A stretch of DNA of 64,000 nt, taken from Vicugna vicugna (lineage: Eukaryota). A model generated the notes under the pieces. The model did no database searches and had not been told where the DNA came from. It worked only from the letters and a program-made list of their open reading frames with translations. This document shows, piece after piece, positions 61,128-64,000 of this stretch (position 1 is its first letter; each line of letters starts with the position of its first letter). Where the stretch lies: contig MU058456.1 of the NCBI GenBank assembly GCA_013265495.1, forward strand, positions 124,001 through 188,000, in the 5' to 3' direction. The translations under genes and the position numbers were made by a program.

Positions 61128-61660
61128 TACATAATTTTTAAGAGGCTAATTGGGATAATGTAGTATATGATTGCAACGGATGGCTTGAAAATGGGCCCCA
61201 ATTCTCCGCCTCTCCCTGTATTCAGAACCCCTGCAATACGATTTTGCCAGTCTTCCCATCAAGAGGCAGAGTCAACTTACCCCCAGTCTCTGCTGACCTT
61301 GTGACTTGTTTTGGTTAATAGAATGCAGTGGAAGTGATGGTTTGCCTTTTCTGAACCCGGGCTTAACAGGCCTGTGCGTTTCCCGTCTCTCTCTCATAAC
61401 CCCTGCCTCTGCCGTGATGACAAGCCCGGGCGAGTCTGATGAGGAATGAGGAGGGCTGAGGACCCTCAGCTGGTCGCCAGGTTAATAAGATGGTCCTTAT
61501 TTCTTGTTTGCCAGTTCAAATATGGCAGATGAACATAGTATATTTTAATTTGTACTTCTGATTACTAGTAAAATGAAACGTTAAAAATATAGTTCATGGC
61601 CATTGCTTGCTCATAGTCTATGCATGCTTTCCTCTGGAGATACTCGTCTGCCTGCAGAGC
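61128..61660 (+). repeat. Copy 1 of local direct duplication (MLT1-like + L1-like composite)
   Basis: Colinear with 63355-63897, e.g. gattttgccagtc.tcccatcaagagg, ccttgtgacttgttttgg, gggcgagtctgatga, agggctgaggaccctcagctggt. Confidence 0.9.
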
Positions 61661-62374
61661 CCTCCTGAGTGAGCTCTGTCGTTTTACTCACGTCCTTCCT
61701 TACTGGCAGCTTGTGGGGAATATCCGTTAGGCAGCACCAAGTCTAGGGAGCACGGATCTCATTTTTACCAATGAGAAAATCCAAAATGTGTTGACATTGA
61801 GGGATTAGATGGAGAAAATTGAAGTTGAAGAGCAGAGGGAAAGGGAGGCGAGCTCTGAGAAGGGGTGCTTTCTGCTGTGGACACGTGAGTCCCTCCAAAC
61901 GCGCTGCCGCTCCTCCTGACTCTTGCAGCGACTCTCCCTGAAACAGGCTTTGTGGATTCTGCTCTCCTGTGTGCTGGTGACTAAAAGGGCCAGGAAGAGC
62001 ATGAAATGGAGCAGAGCAGGGGGAGCAGGGCAGGAAGGAGCTGGGTAACAAAGAGCTGTGAGAGTCAAGGGCACGAGGCTGCTTTCACTGTGCCCGAGGG
62101 CCTGCTGTTTGCATGCACATTGGCTGGGCTCCTGGGCAGTCACTGTCATGTAGCGGTGCTTACTGTCTGCTGAGCGCCTTCAGAATACCCGCTGCACAAC
62201 CCCACAGAGCCTGGGCCTCTCACACCTGCCAGTCTTGCAGCCTCTTACCTGTCCCTCAGCCTGCCCCAGCCAGTCCTTCCTGGGAGCTCTGTGATGGCTT
62301 TAAATGAGGACTTTCCCGGAGAGGTATTTGCATTTTCATAGGGAACATTTTAAAACAAATCTAATTCTTACTAT

Positions 62375-63280
62375 TATTTTGTAAATATTGTTACTGAAGT
62401 ATAATGTACAGACAGCAAATTGCCTAAATTTTTTGTTGTTTTTTTTTAAAGACAGTTTTTTTGTTTTGTTTTGTTTTTCTCATAGAGGTACCAGCAGTTG
62501 AACCCAGCACCCTGTGCATGCTAAGTACACGCTCTACAACTGAGCTATTCTCACCTCCCAGCAAAGCACCCACGTTTTGAGGGTACACCTTGAATTTTGA
62601 CAATGTGAAATCACAACCCAGATCAAGAACAGTGTGTTAGCAGCACCTTCTGGAATGACTTGTCTTCAAAGGTAATTGCTATTCTGACTTCTGAGATCTT
62701 GGGTTAGTCTTATGTGTGTGCAATGGCATTGTAATATATAGCTTTTTTGGGATCTGGTTTTGTTTGCTCAACATCAGGTCAGAGTTATCAGTGTTGTTGC
62801 TAATAGTGGTATTTGTTCTTTTTCATTGCTGTGTAGCGTTCCATTTTGTGGAAAATATCAGAATTTATCCATTCTGTTGTTGATGAACACTTGGGTTGAT
62901 TTGGGATGTTATGAATATACTTCTGTGAATGTTCTTAGACATGTCCTTTCATGAGCATATGTGCATTTCTTCTGGGTATATACCTGGGAGTGGAATTGCT
63001 GGATCATAAAGTGTATATATGTTCAATTGAATAGACATGGACAAGTTCCAAAGTGGTCCTACCAATCTGCATTTTCACCAGCAGTATCTGAGTCCCAGTA
63101 ACTCCATATCTCACCAATATGTGGTATTGTCAGTTTTTAAAATTTTTTTGGTTTTAATTTTAGCCATTTTGGTGGGTAGGTAATGGTGTCTCATTATGGC
63201 TGTAATTTGCATTTCCATGGTGACTAGTGCTACTGAGCATTTTTTCATAGACTCATTTGGCTATTTGTAGTGCCTGTTCA
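62375..63280 (-). mobile_element. Old antisense L1 fragment with a nested SINE
   Basis: gggtatatacctgggagtggaattgctggatcat...ttttagccattttggtgggtaggtaatggtgtctcatt. Confidence 0.8.
62425..62559 (-). mobile_element. tRNA-Ala-derived SINE (Vic-1-like)
   Basis: gaggtaccagcagttgaacccagcaccctgtgcatgctaagtacacgctctacaactgagctat with a T-rich tail. Confidence 0.85.
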
Positions 63281-63354
63281 ATTGAGAGTGAATTGCTGTG
63301 GATAGTTGACTTGCCCATGGTGCACATACATATGCATATATATTTTAGATAGAT

Positions 63355-63897
63355 ACATATAATTTTTAAAAAACATAATTGGAATAGTGTAGTACATGCT
63401 TCTGACAGATTGAAAAGGGACCCCAGTTCTCCACCTCTCCTTGTATTCAGAATGTCTACAAAATGATTTTGCCAGTCCTCCCATCAAGAGGTGGAGTCAG
63501 TTTCCTTCCAGTCTATGCTGGCCTTGTGACTTGTTTTGGCCAATAGAATACAGTGGAAGTGATGGTTTGCCAGCTCTAAGCCTGGGCTCAACAGGCCTGT
63601 GTGTTTACACTCTTTTTCTCATAACCCCTGCCTCTACCATGATCACAAGCCGGGGCGAGTCTGATGAAGAATGAGAAGGGCTGAGGACCCTCAGCTGGTA
63701 GCCAAGTTAATAAGGTCATCCTTAATTCCTTGGTAAGGAAAAAAATAACCAATTCAAATCTGGTAGATGAACATATTTTAACTTGTATTTCTTTGATTAG
63801 TAGTAAAATTAAACATTAAAAAATACATTTAATGGCCATCGATTTTTATAGTCTTTGCATATTTTGCTCTTGAAGTATCCATCTACTTGCAGAACTT
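63355..63897 (+). repeat. Copy 2 of local direct duplication
   Basis: Colinear with 61128-61660 across both the LTR-like and L1-like parts. Confidence 0.9.
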
Positions 63898-64000
63898 TTT
63901 ATATAGAAAGATATTAACCCTTTGTATTGTGTGCAAAAAGTTGTTCTCCAGTTTATTGTTTCCCTTTACAGTTTATTTATGGTATTTCTATGTTAAGAAA

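Noticed and set aside
1..64000. Prokaryote-type systems (CRISPR arrays, operons, defence loci)
   Set aside because: The sequence is clearly mammalian, with a spliced gene and LINE/SINE content; no repeat-spacer arrays or dense ORFs are present.

Overview
Mammalian genomic DNA, probably camelid: it carries several tRNA-Ala-derived Vic-1-like SINEs. The window holds one complete + strand protein-coding gene, SREK1 (SFRS12/SRrp86; splicing regulator with RRM, RS and EK domains). I assembled it by hand from 12 coding exons with GT-AG introns and consistent phases: 2858-3018, 10613-10746, 16376-16491, 20410-20574, 20710-20888, 22163-22293, 23173-23287, 27907-28026, 28392-28772, 34124-34219, 39490-39634, 40726-40875 (1893 nt, 630 aa). 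It has a CpG-island promoter and a long 3' UTR with several polyA signals. The rest (about 46-64 kb) is intergenic and rich in repeats (L1, L2, MIR, MLT1/ERVL, hAT, Tigger), with an orphan CpG-rich promoter-like block near 51-52 kb and a local ~540 bp duplication near the end. No new multi-gene system is supported. The most interesting signals are (1) candidate poison/alternative exons in SREK1 introns 2, 6 and 9, one of which could switch translation to an internal ATG; (2) a palindromic CTCF site next to an RFX X-box just after the weakly defined EK exon; (3) a young sense-strand L1 with a perfect 17-bp TSD; and (4) two tiny TSD-flanked insertions. Repeat family names are from recall of consensus sequences, repeat boundaries are approximate, and no searches were run.
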